Shown here one piece after another: positions 1 through 9,115 of a stretch of 64,000 nt of DNA. Every line of letters begins with the position of its first letter. Position 1 is the stretch's first letter. The stretch spans positions 4,433 to 68,432 of the forward strand of contig DATCIJ010000073.1 of the NCBI GenBank assembly GCA_036507855.1, written 5' to 3'. Source of the stretch: Gemmatimonadaceae bacterium. GTDB lineage: Bacteria; Gemmatimonadota; Gemmatimonadetes; Gemmatimonadales; Gemmatimonadaceae. A model generated the notes under the pieces. The model made no database searches. It had not been told where the DNA came from and saw only the letters and a list, made by a program, of their open reading frames with translations. A program made the translations under genes and the position numbers.

Positions 1-247
1 GCTGCGCGAGCAGGTTGTAGATCCTGAGGCTCACGCGGTATTGCCGACTGGGATCAATACAGTTCGGAAAACCGCCTACGGAAAACGCGATCCGCGTCTC
101 CGGGTTGAACGGATTCGGATAGTTCTGCCTGAGTTCCGAACCAGTGCGGTTATCTCTGCTGGACTGCTGGCCCTGTGCGGCGGCCGAGGACGCCGGTAAC
201 GCGAAGAGAGCAAGCACAAGCAGCCCGCCTGCCCAACACTGCTTCAT
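1..247 (-). CDS. secreted protein, N-terminal fragment (gene runs off window start); FlgD-Ig / T9SS-sorting-like NYPNPFNP motif
   Basis: Own translation of minus strand from ATG 247-245: MKQCWAGGLLVLALFALPASSAAAQGQQ...LRQNYPNPFNPETRIAFSV...VSLRIYNLLAQ. Signal-peptide-like N-terminus followed by the L-x-QNYPNPFNP-x-T-x-I-x-F signature. Absent from the ORF track because no stop lies inside the window. Confidence 0.6.
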   Translation of the reverse strand, partial: MKQCWAGGLLVLALFALPASSAAAQGQQSSRDNRTGSELRQNYPNPFNPETRIAFSVGGFPNCIDPSRQYRVSLRIYNLLAQ

Positions 248-321
248 GTGTCTTCTCCAAGCTGACCAAAGAGGGACTCGCTGCAATCTCCTGTATCGGG
301 TTTCCTGAACGGACTTTTGCG

Positions 322-350
322 AACTTAGGAACGCGCTACCGAACTGTCAA
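322..350 (-). promoter_or_regulatory. sigma70-like promoter for the 1..247 gene
   Basis: Minus strand reads TTGACA (350-345), then 17 nt, then TAAGTT (327-322). It lies in the selB stop / downstream gene spacer, about 75 nt before ATG 247. Confidence 0.4.
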
Positions 351-366
351 GCAAGCAGTTACGTCG

Positions 367-2208
367 TCACGACGTCAACCGTACCCGACCCGTCTCACGA
401 CGTTCCGTAACCCGCTTCCGGTCACAGTATTCGAGGAACGGAATGAGGTATTTGCGTGACAGACCGAGCACCTCCCGAAGCTCCGATGGGCTGTACTCGC
501 GACTTTCCGTCATTCCGTCCCGGAGTCGCGTGACCAGCCGATCGACCACTTCTACTGCATAAAACCTGCCCGGCTCCACTCCGACAATCAGGTTTTCCCG
601 TTCAAGTATGCGGAGAATGGGGACTGGGTCTCGGTGATGCAGGTCCGTGAGGGTAGCCACATCCGGGGGTTCCGTGCCACCGGCGCGAATGTCGGACAGG
701 AGTCGCGTCCGGTACTCCGCATCCCGTTCGCCGATCATCGCCCGCCAACCAGGAGTGGCCAGGACGGCGCCCCGCCGTTCGACCCGTCCGGCGGCCGCGA
801 GGTCCGCGACGGCGCGCTCCACCAGCTCCACCGCGAACGGCAGGACATCCGGCAGCCCCGCGATCGACTGACCGTCGCCTAACGGATCCAGGCGATGCCC
901 TTCCTTCACGAGCCCCTCGATCGCCTCGCGCGCCGCCGCAACTACCGCTGGATGATAGATCCTCGAGCCGATGCCAACCGCCACCTCCGTCCGGCCGAGC
1001 AGGTCGCGCAACGCACCAGGGGGAATCCCGGACCGTGCGGCGAGCAGCGACTGCTCCACCCCGTCGCCCGAGGCTTCCTGAAGAATCCTGCCTAACGTCT
1101 CCTCGTGTCGCTCGAGCCGGCTCCATGCGGACGGGCGCCGGCGTGGTGGCAGCGGGTCGACCACGACACCGCCCCCGATCGTAGCGGGCGGTGACGCGCG
1201 TCTCAACACGAACCGGTCACCGGCGCGCGCGGGCACCGGCTCCTGCAGCACGACGCGGGCCGCGCGCAAGTCCCCCGGTTGGAGCCCGCCTCCCCCAGCG
1301 ACGATGCGGGCGCCGACGTCGGCCGTGCCCAGGTGCAGGCGCACCCACTCCCGGGGGCCGAGCCCATGCGGCGCATCACTGAGCAGTGAGACTTCGGCGC
1401 GCATCAACGTCGTCAGAGGCCAGGCCACGTCCGCGCAGAGCCAGGCGCCGCGCGAAACGCCGCCGACCTCCACGCCCGTGACCGCGACCGCCGCGCGAGT
1501 CCCGGGTTGCGCCCGCGGGACGTCGACGCCGTGCGCCTGAACGCCGCGCACGCGAACGGTCTTGCCCGAGGGCTGGACGACCAGTGCGTCTCCCGTGGCG
1601 ACGCCGCCTTCCCACACCGTTCCCGTGACGACGGTGCCCGTTCCCCGCACCGAGAACGCCCGGTCGATGGGCATCCTGAACGCATCGCTGGCGTCGCGCG
1701 CGGGAATCGATGCCACCGCCGCACCTAACGCGGCACGCACCGCGTCGAGGCCGGCGCCCGTTGCCGCCGAGGTCCGCACCACGGGCGCGCCTTCCAGCGG
1801 CGTCCCCTGCACCGCCTCGGTAACGTCGGCTGTCACCAGGGCAAGCCAATCGTCATCCACCAGGTCGCACTTGGTGAGCGCGACCACTCCGGCGCGCGTG
1901 CCCAGTATCGAGAGAATCGAGAGATGCTCCCTCGTCTGCGGCATGACGCCCTCGTCGGCGGCAACCACGAGCAAGGCGACGTCGATCCCGCTGGCCCCTG
2001 CCACCATCGTGCGTACGAATGCCTCGTGCCCCGGCACGTCAACGATGCCCACCGTTCCAATGCCATCGAGCTCCAGCGGCGCGAATCCGAGTTCGATCGT
2101 GATCCCGCGACGCTTCTCCTCGGGCAACCGGTCGGTGTCCACGCCGGTGAGGGCGCGAACGAGCGACGTCTTGCCGTGATCGATGTGCCCTGCGGTCCCG
2201 ATGATCAT
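367..2208 (-). CDS. selB: selenocysteine-specific translation elongation factor SelB
   Basis: GTPase motifs GHIDHGKT, DVPGHE, TKCD, followed by long winged-helix-type C-terminal extension. ATG at 2208 (MIIGTAGH) overlaps the recO stop as ATGA. The ORF-track start at 2235 is probably an N-terminal over-extension. Confidence 0.9.
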   Translation of the reverse strand: MIIGTAGHIDHGKTSLVRALTGVDTDRLPEEKRRGITIELGFAPLELDGIGTVGIVDVPGHEAFVRTMVAGASGIDVALLVVAADEGVMPQTREHLSILSILGTRAGVVALTKCDLVDDDWLALVTADVTEAVQGTPLEGAPVVRTSAATGAGLDAVRAALGAAVASIPARDASDAFRMPIDRAFSVRGTGTVVTGTVWEGGVATGDALVVQPSGKTVRVRGVQAHGVDVPRAQPGTRAAVAVTGVEVGGVSRGAWLCADVAWPLTTLMRAEVSLLSDAPHGLGPREWVRLHLGTADVGARIVAGGGGLQPGDLRAARVVLQEPVPARAGDRFVLRRASPPATIGGGVVVDPLPPRRRPSAWSRLERHEETLGRILQEASGDGVEQSLLAARSGIPPGALRDLLGRTEVAVGIGSRIYHPAVVAAAREAIEGLVKEGHRLDPLGDGQSIAGLPDVLPFAVELVERAVADLAAAGRVERRGAVLATPGWRAMIGERDAEYRTRLLSDIRAGGTEPPDVATLTDLHHRDPVPILRILERENLIVGVEPGRFYAVEVVDRLVTRLRDGMTESREYSPSELREVLGLSRKYLIPFLEYCDRKRVTERRETGRVRLTS

Positions 2209-2966
2209 GCCGGCCGGCGAAGGCGGGCCTCCCATCCGTCGAGCGCGCGGAGCGCGCGGCCGTCTCCCATGTGGTGGTGCAGGAACTCGCGAAGCAGCCG
2301 GAGATGGGCGCGTCTCGCCAGGTCGCTCAGCGGCGGCACCTCCTCATCCTCCAGCCACGCTGACATCGCAGTTCGCGCGTCGGCGGGCAGTTCGCGACCG
2401 ACCGACACGCTACGGACACACTGCCCGCACACCACGCCGCCGCCGTGGTGGCTGAAGGGTGCCGCCCGATCCGGCGGCAGCTCTGCGGAACATGAGCAGC
2501 ATCGATTCATCGTCGGGCCAAAGCCCAGCGCCGCCACGTAGCGCCATGCGCCGGCCAGACCATGATCAGTCGCGGAACCTGCCGCTGACCCGGCAATCTC
2601 ATCGAGCGAGCGACCAAGGACATCGAACGCGTCGTCGTGCGGGTCCGCGTGCGCGAAGCGGAGCGCCAGTTCCGCCAGCGCCGAGGCGCCGGCAAAGCGA
2701 TCCAGGTCGGCGGCCAGGGCCATGCGACTTCGCGTCAGGTCGAAGCCCGAGAGGTTGGACAGCTCCCGGCCAGGCTTCAGCGTGAATTGCGCCACACCGC
2801 TGGCGAAAAGATCGAGCGAAGGACCGAAGCGGCTGCGGGGGCGACGCGCGCCGCGCGCGAGCACGGACTGCACGCCATGTTCCCGGGTCGCCAGTCGCAC
2901 GATGCGCGACGACTCGAGGTAGTCCTGCACGTGCAGGACCATGGCGTCGGTCGATACGAAGGTCAT
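2205..2966 (-). CDS. recO: DNA repair protein RecO
   Basis: MTFVSTDAMVLHVQDYLESSRIVRL OB-fold N-terminus and a C-terminal Cys cluster (CCSC...CGQC) typical of RecO. ATG confirmed at 2966. Confidence 0.85.
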   Translation of the reverse strand: MTFVSTDAMVLHVQDYLESSRIVRLATREHGVQSVLARGARRPRSRFGPSLDLFASGVAQFTLKPGRELSNLSGFDLTRSRMALAADLDRFAGASALAELALRFAHADPHDDAFDVLGRSLDEIAGSAAGSATDHGLAGAWRYVAALGFGPTMNRCCSCSAELPPDRAAPFSHHGGGVVCGQCVRSVSVGRELPADARTAMSAWLEDEEVPPLSDLARRAHLRLLREFLHHHMGDGRALRALDGWEARLRRPA

Positions 2967-2982
2967 CAGTTCGCGATTCTGC

Positions 2983-4929
2983 TCACCTGCGAAGGCTCGC
3001 GGCGCGCACACCGATCGTCAACGACCGTCCTGCCGCGGGATAGTTGACTATCTCCTCGTAACCCACACCGAGGGCGTTCTCGAGCCGGATCATCAGCGCG
3101 AACCGCGCGCCGGTCCAGTCGAGCGCCAGCGACCGCGTGAAGCCGATGTCGACTCGCGTCCAGCCCGGAAGCACGACTGGCGTGGCCGGGAACGTCGAAA
3201 AGTCACGATCATCGCGACGGCCGGTGTACGTGAGTGCCACATCCGCCGTCGCACCTCCAGGCAGCGCCATCGCCAGCGTACCCGTGGCCATCACCGGGGA
3301 GCGGCGCAAGAGCCGGCTTCCCTGGACGAACGTCGCCGACTCTCCCGTTTGCAGCCCGGCGTCGTCGACGCGCGTCCGGAGCAGCGTCGTAGTGGCGCCC
3401 GTCGTCAGGCGCGAAGAGAGCCTGGCGGTCGCCTCGAGTTCCAGCCCGCGAGCCGACGCCGCCGCGACATTGAAGTAGTTCGGGAGTTCAGGTGAAACGA
3501 AGGCGTACTGGATCATGTCCCGGAACCGTTGATCGAACCACGTCGCGCCAATGGTCAGGCGGCCACCATGCGCAACATGACGCACGCCCGCCTCCCAGCT
3601 GCTGGAGCGCTCCGGACTGAGGTCGCCGTTCCCGGTCGAGAAGGCGGTGTTGAACGACTCGAAGAAGGTCGGCGCCTTGAACGCCGTGCCGGCGCTGACA
3701 CGGAAGGTCCCGCCGCGCCAGGCGCGCACCGCAAAACCAGCTCGCGCCGTGCGGAACGCACCGAACGTGTCGTTCTCGTCGTACCGGCCACCCATGGTCA
3801 GCGCGACCGGTCCGTGCTCCGAGAGCCACTGCGCGTAGACACCGCTGTTCCTCCGATCTGCAACGAAACGGCTTCGCTCAAAGCTGAAGTTGGAGCTGTC
3901 GTTGCCTCGTTGCGCTTCGCGAACGGCCTCGCCGCCAATGGTCAGCACCGATGATTGAGACAACATCACATGCACTCGCGCATCCGCAGCGCGCCGGCGC
4001 ACGCTGGTGAGCGCGTCGTAGGAGTAGAACCCCATCGTATCAGCGGGCGTGTCGGGTCGATCGTCGTCCTTGCCCCGAATGTTCATTCCCGTCAGGGACA
4101 GCTCAGCGCGAAGTCGCGACGACATGGCGTGAGAGACTGTCGCCGAGCCGATGAAACGGCGGGTGTCGCGAAACGCATTCCTGTCTTCGACATTGCCCGC
4201 GCCGTCGGTCGGGAAGTGATACTCGTCGTTCATTCCGCGCAGACTCATCTCCAACCGCGTTGAGGCTGACGGCAAGGCACGCATCGCGACGCTGGCGACG
4301 TCGCGAGTGTAGCCGTTGTTGAAGGCCAGCAATCCGTCGCTTCGCTCGCGCGCACCACCGAAGATGACATTCAGGCGACTGGTGCCGGTCGAGGCACTTC
4401 CCTTCACCACACGACGTCCGTAACGGCCGGCGGCGATTTCCGCCTCGGCTGCCGAAGCCGAGCCTCGACGGGTGAAGAGCTGCACGACGCCGGTCACCGC
4501 ATCGGTTCCGTACAGCACGCTCGCAGGCCCTCGAACGACTTCGACCCGGTCCACGTCATCGACCGAGAGCCATGCGAGATCGATGGCGCCTCCCGGATCA
4601 TTCACCTGGACGCCGTCTATCAGAACGCGGACATAGTCGTTTTCGCCGCCGCGCAGGAAGAGCGAGGATTGCGCCCCCGGGCCTCCGCTCCGCGCGACCG
4701 ATATGCCGGGCACCAGACGCAGCAGTTCGGCAACATCGCGCACGCCGCTGCGGTCGATGAGCTCACGGTCGATGATCGTACTGGCGCTGATGGCGGCGCC
4801 GGCAGGCACGTCGACGCGTGTGGCCGTGATGACAACTCGCGGCAGTGAATCCTGCTGCTGCGAATGAGCCGCGGCAGGCGCGACAGCGGTGAGCAGGATG
4901 AGCGTGCGGCTTCGAAGGCTGGACGTCAT
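2983..4929 (-). CDS. btuB: TonB-dependent outer-membrane receptor, BtuB-like (cobalamin)
   Basis: Signal peptide. Plug-domain motifs VVITATR and RVEVVRGPASVLYGTDAVTGVVQLFT. Last gene of the riboswitch-controlled btuFCD string. Confidence 0.8.
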   Translation of the reverse strand: MTSSLRSRTLILLTAVAPAAAHSQQQDSLPRVVITATRVDVPAGAAISASTIIDRELIDRSGVRDVAELLRLVPGISVARSGGPGAQSSLFLRGGENDYVRVLIDGVQVNDPGGAIDLAWLSVDDVDRVEVVRGPASVLYGTDAVTGVVQLFTRRGSASAAEAEIAAGRYGRRVVKGSASTGTSRLNVIFGGARERSDGLLAFNNGYTRDVASVAMRALPSASTRLEMSLRGMNDEYHFPTDGAGNVEDRNAFRDTRRFIGSATVSHAMSSRLRAELSLTGMNIRGKDDDRPDTPADTMGFYSYDALTSVRRRAADARVHVMLSQSSVLTIGGEAVREAQRGNDSSNFSFERSRFVADRRNSGVYAQWLSEHGPVALTMGGRYDENDTFGAFRTARAGFAVRAWRGGTFRVSAGTAFKAPTFFESFNTAFSTGNGDLSPERSSSWEAGVRHVAHGGRLTIGATWFDQRFRDMIQYAFVSPELPNYFNVAAASARGLELEATARLSSRLTTGATTTLLRTRVDDAGLQTGESATFVQGSRLLRRSPVMATGTLAMALPGGATADVALTYTGRRDDRDFSTFPATPVVLPGWTRVDIGFTRSLALDWTGARFALMIRLENALGVGYEEIVNYPAAGRSLTIGVRAASLRR

Positions 4930-4965
4930 GAGGCTACGGGATGTGGGATGTCGGATGGCGGGTGA

Positions 4966-5763
4966 TCATTCGCGGGAAGGGACCGTCCGCCGCAGGGGAA
5001 CGAGCGTGGGAGCACCAATCGCCGGATCTCGCGACACGACGAGCGGCCATTCGTAGACCGCCTCGAGGACGGACGCCCGCATCACGTCGTCAGGCGCACC
5101 GTGCGCGGCCACGACGCCTCGATGCAGGAGCACGACCTGATCGGCGAAGCGCGACACCAGGTTGAGCTGATGACTGACGGCGAGCACGGTTCGACCTCGC
5201 CTGGCGAGGTCGGTCAGCAGTTCGAAAGCCGCCATCTCGTGGGCAACGTCGAGAAACGTCGTCGGCTCATCGAGCACGATCGCGTCGGATTCCTGGGCGA
5301 TGGCGCGCGCCAGCCGCAGTCTCTGCCACTCGCCCCCTGAGAGCTCGTCGGTATGTCGATCGAGCAGTGAACCGACCCCCGCCTGCGCGATGGCCTCTTC
5401 GATCGCCGCAGTCCCCCGCCTGTCGCCACCATCGCCCCAGGCCGAGGCGTGCGGTGTGCGGCCCAGCGCGACGTACTCCCGGGCGCGCATTGGAAAGGCG
5501 GGTTCTTCGCGCTGCACGACGACCGCGACGCGCTGGGCAAGCTCACGCGGCGACATCGCGGTGACATCGCTGCCGTTCACGAGTATCCGGCCACGCTCCA
5601 GCGGTACCCGCCTGAGGAGCGCTCGCACGAGCGTGCTCTTGCCGCTGCCGTTGGGACCGACGACCGCCGTAACGGAACGCGGCATGGCCGTGAACGACAC
5701 GCCGGCGAGCGCCGGGGTCGGGGCGCGCGGATAGCGTACCGAAACGTCATCCCACTCGATCAC
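4966..5763 (-). CDS. btuD: ABC transporter ATP-binding protein (BtuD/FecE type)
   Basis: Walker A GPNGSGKST, signature LSGGEWQR, Walker B IVLDEPT. GTG start overlaps the btuC stop (GTGA). Confidence 0.85.
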   Translation of the reverse strand: MIEWDDVSVRYPRAPTPALAGVSFTAMPRSVTAVVGPNGSGKSTLVRALLRRVPLERGRILVNGSDVTAMSPRELAQRVAVVVQREEPAFPMRAREYVALGRTPHASAWGDGGDRRGTAAIEEAIAQAGVGSLLDRHTDELSGGEWQRLRLARAIAQESDAIVLDEPTTFLDVAHEMAAFELLTDLARRGRTVLAVSHQLNLVSRFADQVVLLHRGVVAAHGAPDDVMRASVLEAVYEWPLVVSRDPAIGAPTLVPLRRTVPSRE

Positions 5764-6731
5764 CGCATCCTCCGCAACAGGGAGAGGAAGAACGGCACGC
5801 CAACCACCGCGGTCACGGCGCCTAACGGCAACTCGGCCGGGGCTCGCGCGGTGCGCGCGGCGAGATCGGCGCCCACGACCAGCGTGCTCCCGGCAAGCGC
5901 TGACACGGCGAGCGCAACGCGGTGACGGGACCCCACGAGTGCGCGGGCCAGATGCGGCACCAGCAGGCCGACAAAACCCACCAACCCCGCGGCAGCTACG
6001 GTGGCGGCGGCGAGCAGTGAGGCCGTGAGGTACAGCCGACGGCTCGCGGTTTCCGGCGCGACGCCGAGGGCCGCCGCGGCGTCGTGACCCAGCGCGAGGG
6101 CATCGAGGTCACGCGCCCAGTGCAGCAGGAGCGGTCCCGTCAGCGCGAGAACCACGGCCAGGCGCAGGACATCGCGCCATTGCGCAGACCCCAATGAACC
6201 CATCATCCACCAGAGCGCACCGCGCGTTGCCTCCGCGGGGGCGGTGGCCAGTAGCACCATGATCGCCGCGTTCGCAAAGGCGCCCACGACCACGCCGGCC
6301 ATGAGCAGCATCCGCGGATCGGCGCGCAACCCGCTGGCGCGGGCAATGCCCATCACCAGCAACACGGCCGACAGCGCGCCGACGAAGGCGGCGAGCGACA
6401 GGACCGTGGGCTCATTCCAGCCAATCGACACCGCCAGCACGGCGCCGACAGCCGCGCCGCCGGAGACCCCCAGCAGATACGGCTCGGCCAGCGGATTCCG
6501 CAGTGCGCCCTGGAGCACGGCGCCACTCATGCCTAACGCCGCCCCGACCAGCAGGGCCAGCGCCACCCGTGGGGCCCTGACGTCGAGCACGATGGCGCGA
6601 GCGACCGGATCCGCCCCGCCCGCGAGCACGCGCCACAGCTCACCCGGATGGAGCGCCACCGGGCCCAGGGCCAGCGCCGCGATCGATACCGCGATGAGGG
6701 TCGCGATCAGCAGGGCCAATCGACCGCTCAT
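5760..6731 (-). CDS. btuC: FecCD/BtuC-family ABC permease
   Basis: Polytopic membrane protein with GAVTAVVGVPFFLSLLRR C-terminus. ATG at 6731 (MSGRLALLIATL) overlaps the btuF stop (ATGA). The 109-codon upstream part of the track ORF overlaps btuF and is rejected. Confidence 0.85.
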   Translation of the reverse strand: MSGRLALLIATLIAVSIAALALGPVALHPGELWRVLAGGADPVARAIVLDVRAPRVALALLVGAALGMSGAVLQGALRNPLAEPYLLGVSGGAAVGAVLAVSIGWNEPTVLSLAAFVGALSAVLLVMGIARASGLRADPRMLLMAGVVVGAFANAAIMVLLATAPAEATRGALWWMMGSLGSAQWRDVLRLAVVLALTGPLLLHWARDLDALALGHDAAAALGVAPETASRRLYLTASLLAAATVAAAGLVGFVGLLVPHLARALVGSRHRVALAVSALAGSTLVVGADLAARTARAPAELPLGAVTAVVGVPFFLSLLRRMR

Positions 6732-7633
6732 GGGATGACGCCCGGATGCAGCAGTCGGGCGATCGACACCGCGGCCTCGCCAAGTCGCACCCCTGGTCTT
6801 CCCACCAGCACGGTATCCATCACCAGCACGTGGCCGTCGCGCACCGCCGGCAGTCCGCGCCAGCGTGCGTTCGACCCGAGCTTTCCCGCGGTCTCGGGTC
6901 GGCCGAGGATGAAGTCGGGATCGCGGCGCAGCACTTCCTCGAACGCCACCTGTGGAGATGGCCCGGCCAGGTCGCCAAACACGTTCCGGCCACCGGCAAT
7001 CTCCACGAGCTCGGACAGAAAGCTTCCGGAACCGATGGTCATGAGTGGCGTTTCCCACGACAGCATGAAGACTGTGGGGCGCGAGCGGCGTGCCGCCGCC
7101 GCGACACGCACCCGCTCCAGCGTGGCTCGCACGGAGTCGACGACCGCGCGCGCGCGCTCCGGCTCGCCAACGGCGTCACCGAGGAGTGTCGCCGCCCGCT
7201 CGAAATCGACGATGCGGTCGATGCGAAGGGAGATCACGGCGATGCCGGCGGCGCGCAGGGCACGGGCCGCGTCGCGGTTTTCACCGCTGGCGTAGAGCAC
7301 GACGAGGTCAGGACGCGCTCCAATCACGGTCTCGATCGATGGCCGGATGCCGTCGCCGAGGTCGGGAACATCGAGAACCTCGGGGGGCCATCCGTCCCAG
7401 TGCGTTCGACCGACCACACGATCGCCGGCACCTGACGCGAACAGGATTTCCGTGGTGGCGGGATTGAGCGAGACGATGCGCGAGGGTCTCGCGAGCGCGG
7501 GCAACGGATCGCCGGCATCGTCCACGGAGGGCACGCGCTCGGACGGTGCCGCGCACGCGAACAGCACGATCGCGGCCATTACCGCCGCGCGACTGTGCTT
7601 TCTGGTCGACCCGAGCGACTGAAAGAAGAACAC
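6728..7633 (-). CDS. btuF: periplasmic cobalamin/siderophore-binding protein (BtuF-like), probable lipoprotein
   Basis: RIVSLNPATTEILFASGAGDRVVG periplasmic-binding-protein motif and lipobox-like LFAC. GTG start at 7633, alternative ATG at 7579. Confidence 0.8.
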   Translation of the reverse strand: MFFFQSLGSTRKHSRAAVMAAIVLFACAAPSERVPSVDDAGDPLPALARPSRIVSLNPATTEILFASGAGDRVVGRTHWDGWPPEVLDVPDLGDGIRPSIETVIGARPDLVVLYASGENRDAARALRAAGIAVISLRIDRIVDFERAATLLGDAVGEPERARAVVDSVRATLERVRVAAAARRSRPTVFMLSWETPLMTIGSGSFLSELVEIAGGRNVFGDLAGPSPQVAFEEVLRRDPDFILGRPETAGKLGSNARWRGLPAVRDGHVLVMDTVLVGRPGVRLGEAAVSIARLLHPGVIP

Positions 7634-7689
7634 GGACTTTCACCCAGTGATGGGAGAACGCCCGTGCGCGGAGCGAACCTGACGGCCCG

Positions 7690-7880
7690 CATCGCCACCG
7701 GCCCTCCCCCGAGGGAACCGTCGGTGTGGCCCGTGCGGGGGTCGTCTCCTGGCTCCGGGATCGCCGGACTCGCCTTCCCGACCTTGCGGTCAGTGGCGCT
7801 CGAGTCCGGGACCTGCTCCCGTTACAGTGGCGGGGCCGCACCGGCATTGCACCGGTTTCCGTGGCCCCTGCACGTCACAT
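7690..7880 (-). promoter_or_regulatory. cobalamin (adenosylcobalamin) riboswitch
   Basis: Minus-strand RNA: GGAAACCGGUGCAAUGCCGGUGCGGCCCCGCCACUGUAACGGGAGC...GCCACUGACCGCAAGGUCGGGAAGGCG...GAGCCAGGAGACGACC. These match the conserved cores and B12 box of the cobalamin riboswitch family. It sits directly upstream of btuF. Confidence 0.85.
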
Positions 7881-7897
7881 GAATTGTGGGGCTGAAG

Positions 7898-9115
7898 CTA
7901 TGTCGGCGATTCCCGTTCTTCAACCGCCTGCGAGTCGACCAGCTGGCCCATGAGCGCGGCACGACGCGCGCGATACTGCTCACCAGCCGCACCCGCCCGT
8001 TTCCCGGGTTCGGCGTAGACGTGGTCGAGCGCGGCGATCTCGCGCGCCAATGCCTCGGTCGCAGGGCGCTCCGTGACCGACGGCGTGGAGAAGCCGGGGA
8101 CGTGACGGCGACCGAGGACGATGCCTAACGCGACAGCAATCGCCGCGACCGCAAGCAGGGCCAGCCGGCTGGCGCGCCCCCCGAGCCCGCCGCCGCTGCC
8201 GCCGACCGTGAACGACGTACCGGCCGCGACGGGTCCAGCGGTGAACCGCTGGAATGAACGCCCCTCCATGCTGACCGGTTCCTGCGGCGCCAGTCCCGCG
8301 CCGGAAACGGAGGCTCCGGCACCCTCCAGCAGCACCTCGAGCGTCGCCAGCCCATCCGCCACAGGAACGGCGACCGAGCTGCCGGCAGGAATGGCGTAAG
8401 TAAGGACGACTTGTCGGGCGCCCGGTGGGAACGGGACCAGGAGTTCCGCGCGGCCGGCCTGAAATCGAAATGCGTCCGGCGGGAGGTCACCGCCGCTCGA
8501 CCCGGGCTCCCGGGCGCCTTCAGGCAAGGCCACGCGCCAGGTACCGCCGTCCGCGCCACCGACGAGCGTCCGGTTGGAATCATTCGCGACCTCGAACACG
8601 TCCACCACGCGCCGAAGTCCGCCGGCATCGGCGGGCGCGATCACCACGTGGCGTGCGCGCACGGTCAGTGGAAACTCCACCGACGTCGTGTCGTAGACCG
8701 CGACGTCCCCGTCAGGGCTGGTCACCGCGGGCTCACGCAGCGGCGCCGTGAAGTACGCCACTCCCGAGTGGCGCGCGGAGACGATGTACATCGATCTCGG
8801 CCCCTCCAGCCGGTAGCGGAATCGATAGGCGCCCGTCGCCGACGTTGTAACCGAATCGACCGGTCCCGACGAATCAGCCGAAATCCGATGGAGGACCACG
8901 ACCTGTCCGCTCACCGGGCGGAGCGAGTCCGTGCTGCCGCGCAGCACGCGTCCGGCAACGGTTCGAATTTCGCCGGCCGTTCCGGGTGTCCCGGTGGCCG
9001 GCGGGAGCGCTCCCTGTGCTGATGCCGGTGCTGGTGACAGGAGACCAGGAAGCATGCACGCGATGAAAGTCGCGCAGCGTCCCGTTGCGCTCTGCGCTTT
9101 GCGCGTTGCGCTCAA
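7898..9115 (-). CDS. hypothetical secreted/membrane-anchored protein (carboxypeptidase-regulatory-like N-domain, C-terminal TM helix)
   Basis: Signal peptide ending ASAQG. VAGRVLRG...GQVVVLHR...TGAYRFRY resembles a CarboxypepD_reg-like fold. TM segment LALLAVAAIAVALGIVLG is followed by a roughly 80-aa charged tail. TTG start overlaps the upstream stop (TTGA). Confidence 0.5.
   Translation of the reverse strand: MSATRKAQSATGRCATFIACMLPGLLSPAPASAQGALPPATGTPGTAGEIRTVAGRVLRGSTDSLRPVSGQVVVLHRISADSSGPVDSVTTSATGAYRFRYRLEGPRSMYIVSARHSGVAYFTAPLREPAVTSPDGDVAVYDTTSVEFPLTVRARHVVIAPADAGGLRRVVDVFEVANDSNRTLVGGADGGTWRVALPEGAREPGSSGGDLPPDAFRFQAGRAELLVPFPPGARQVVLTYAIPAGSSVAVPVADGLATLEVLLEGAGASVSGAGLAPQEPVSMEGRSFQRFTAGPVAAGTSFTVGGSGGGLGGRASRLALLAVAAIAVALGIVLGRRHVPGFSTPSVTERPATEALAREIAALDHVYAEPGKRAGAAGEQYRARRAALMGQLVDSQAVEERESPT

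Noticed and set aside
5760-7058. Long N-terminal extensions of track ORFs: btuC to 7058, purM to 23078, ftsW to 57830, murD to 59050, selB to 2235, ribE to 20592, alr to 39751, nusB to 18282.
   Set aside because: The extensions overlap the upstream gene and are Arg/Gly-rich. In each case an internal ATG produces the canonical N-terminus and a 4-nt overlap with the upstream stop.
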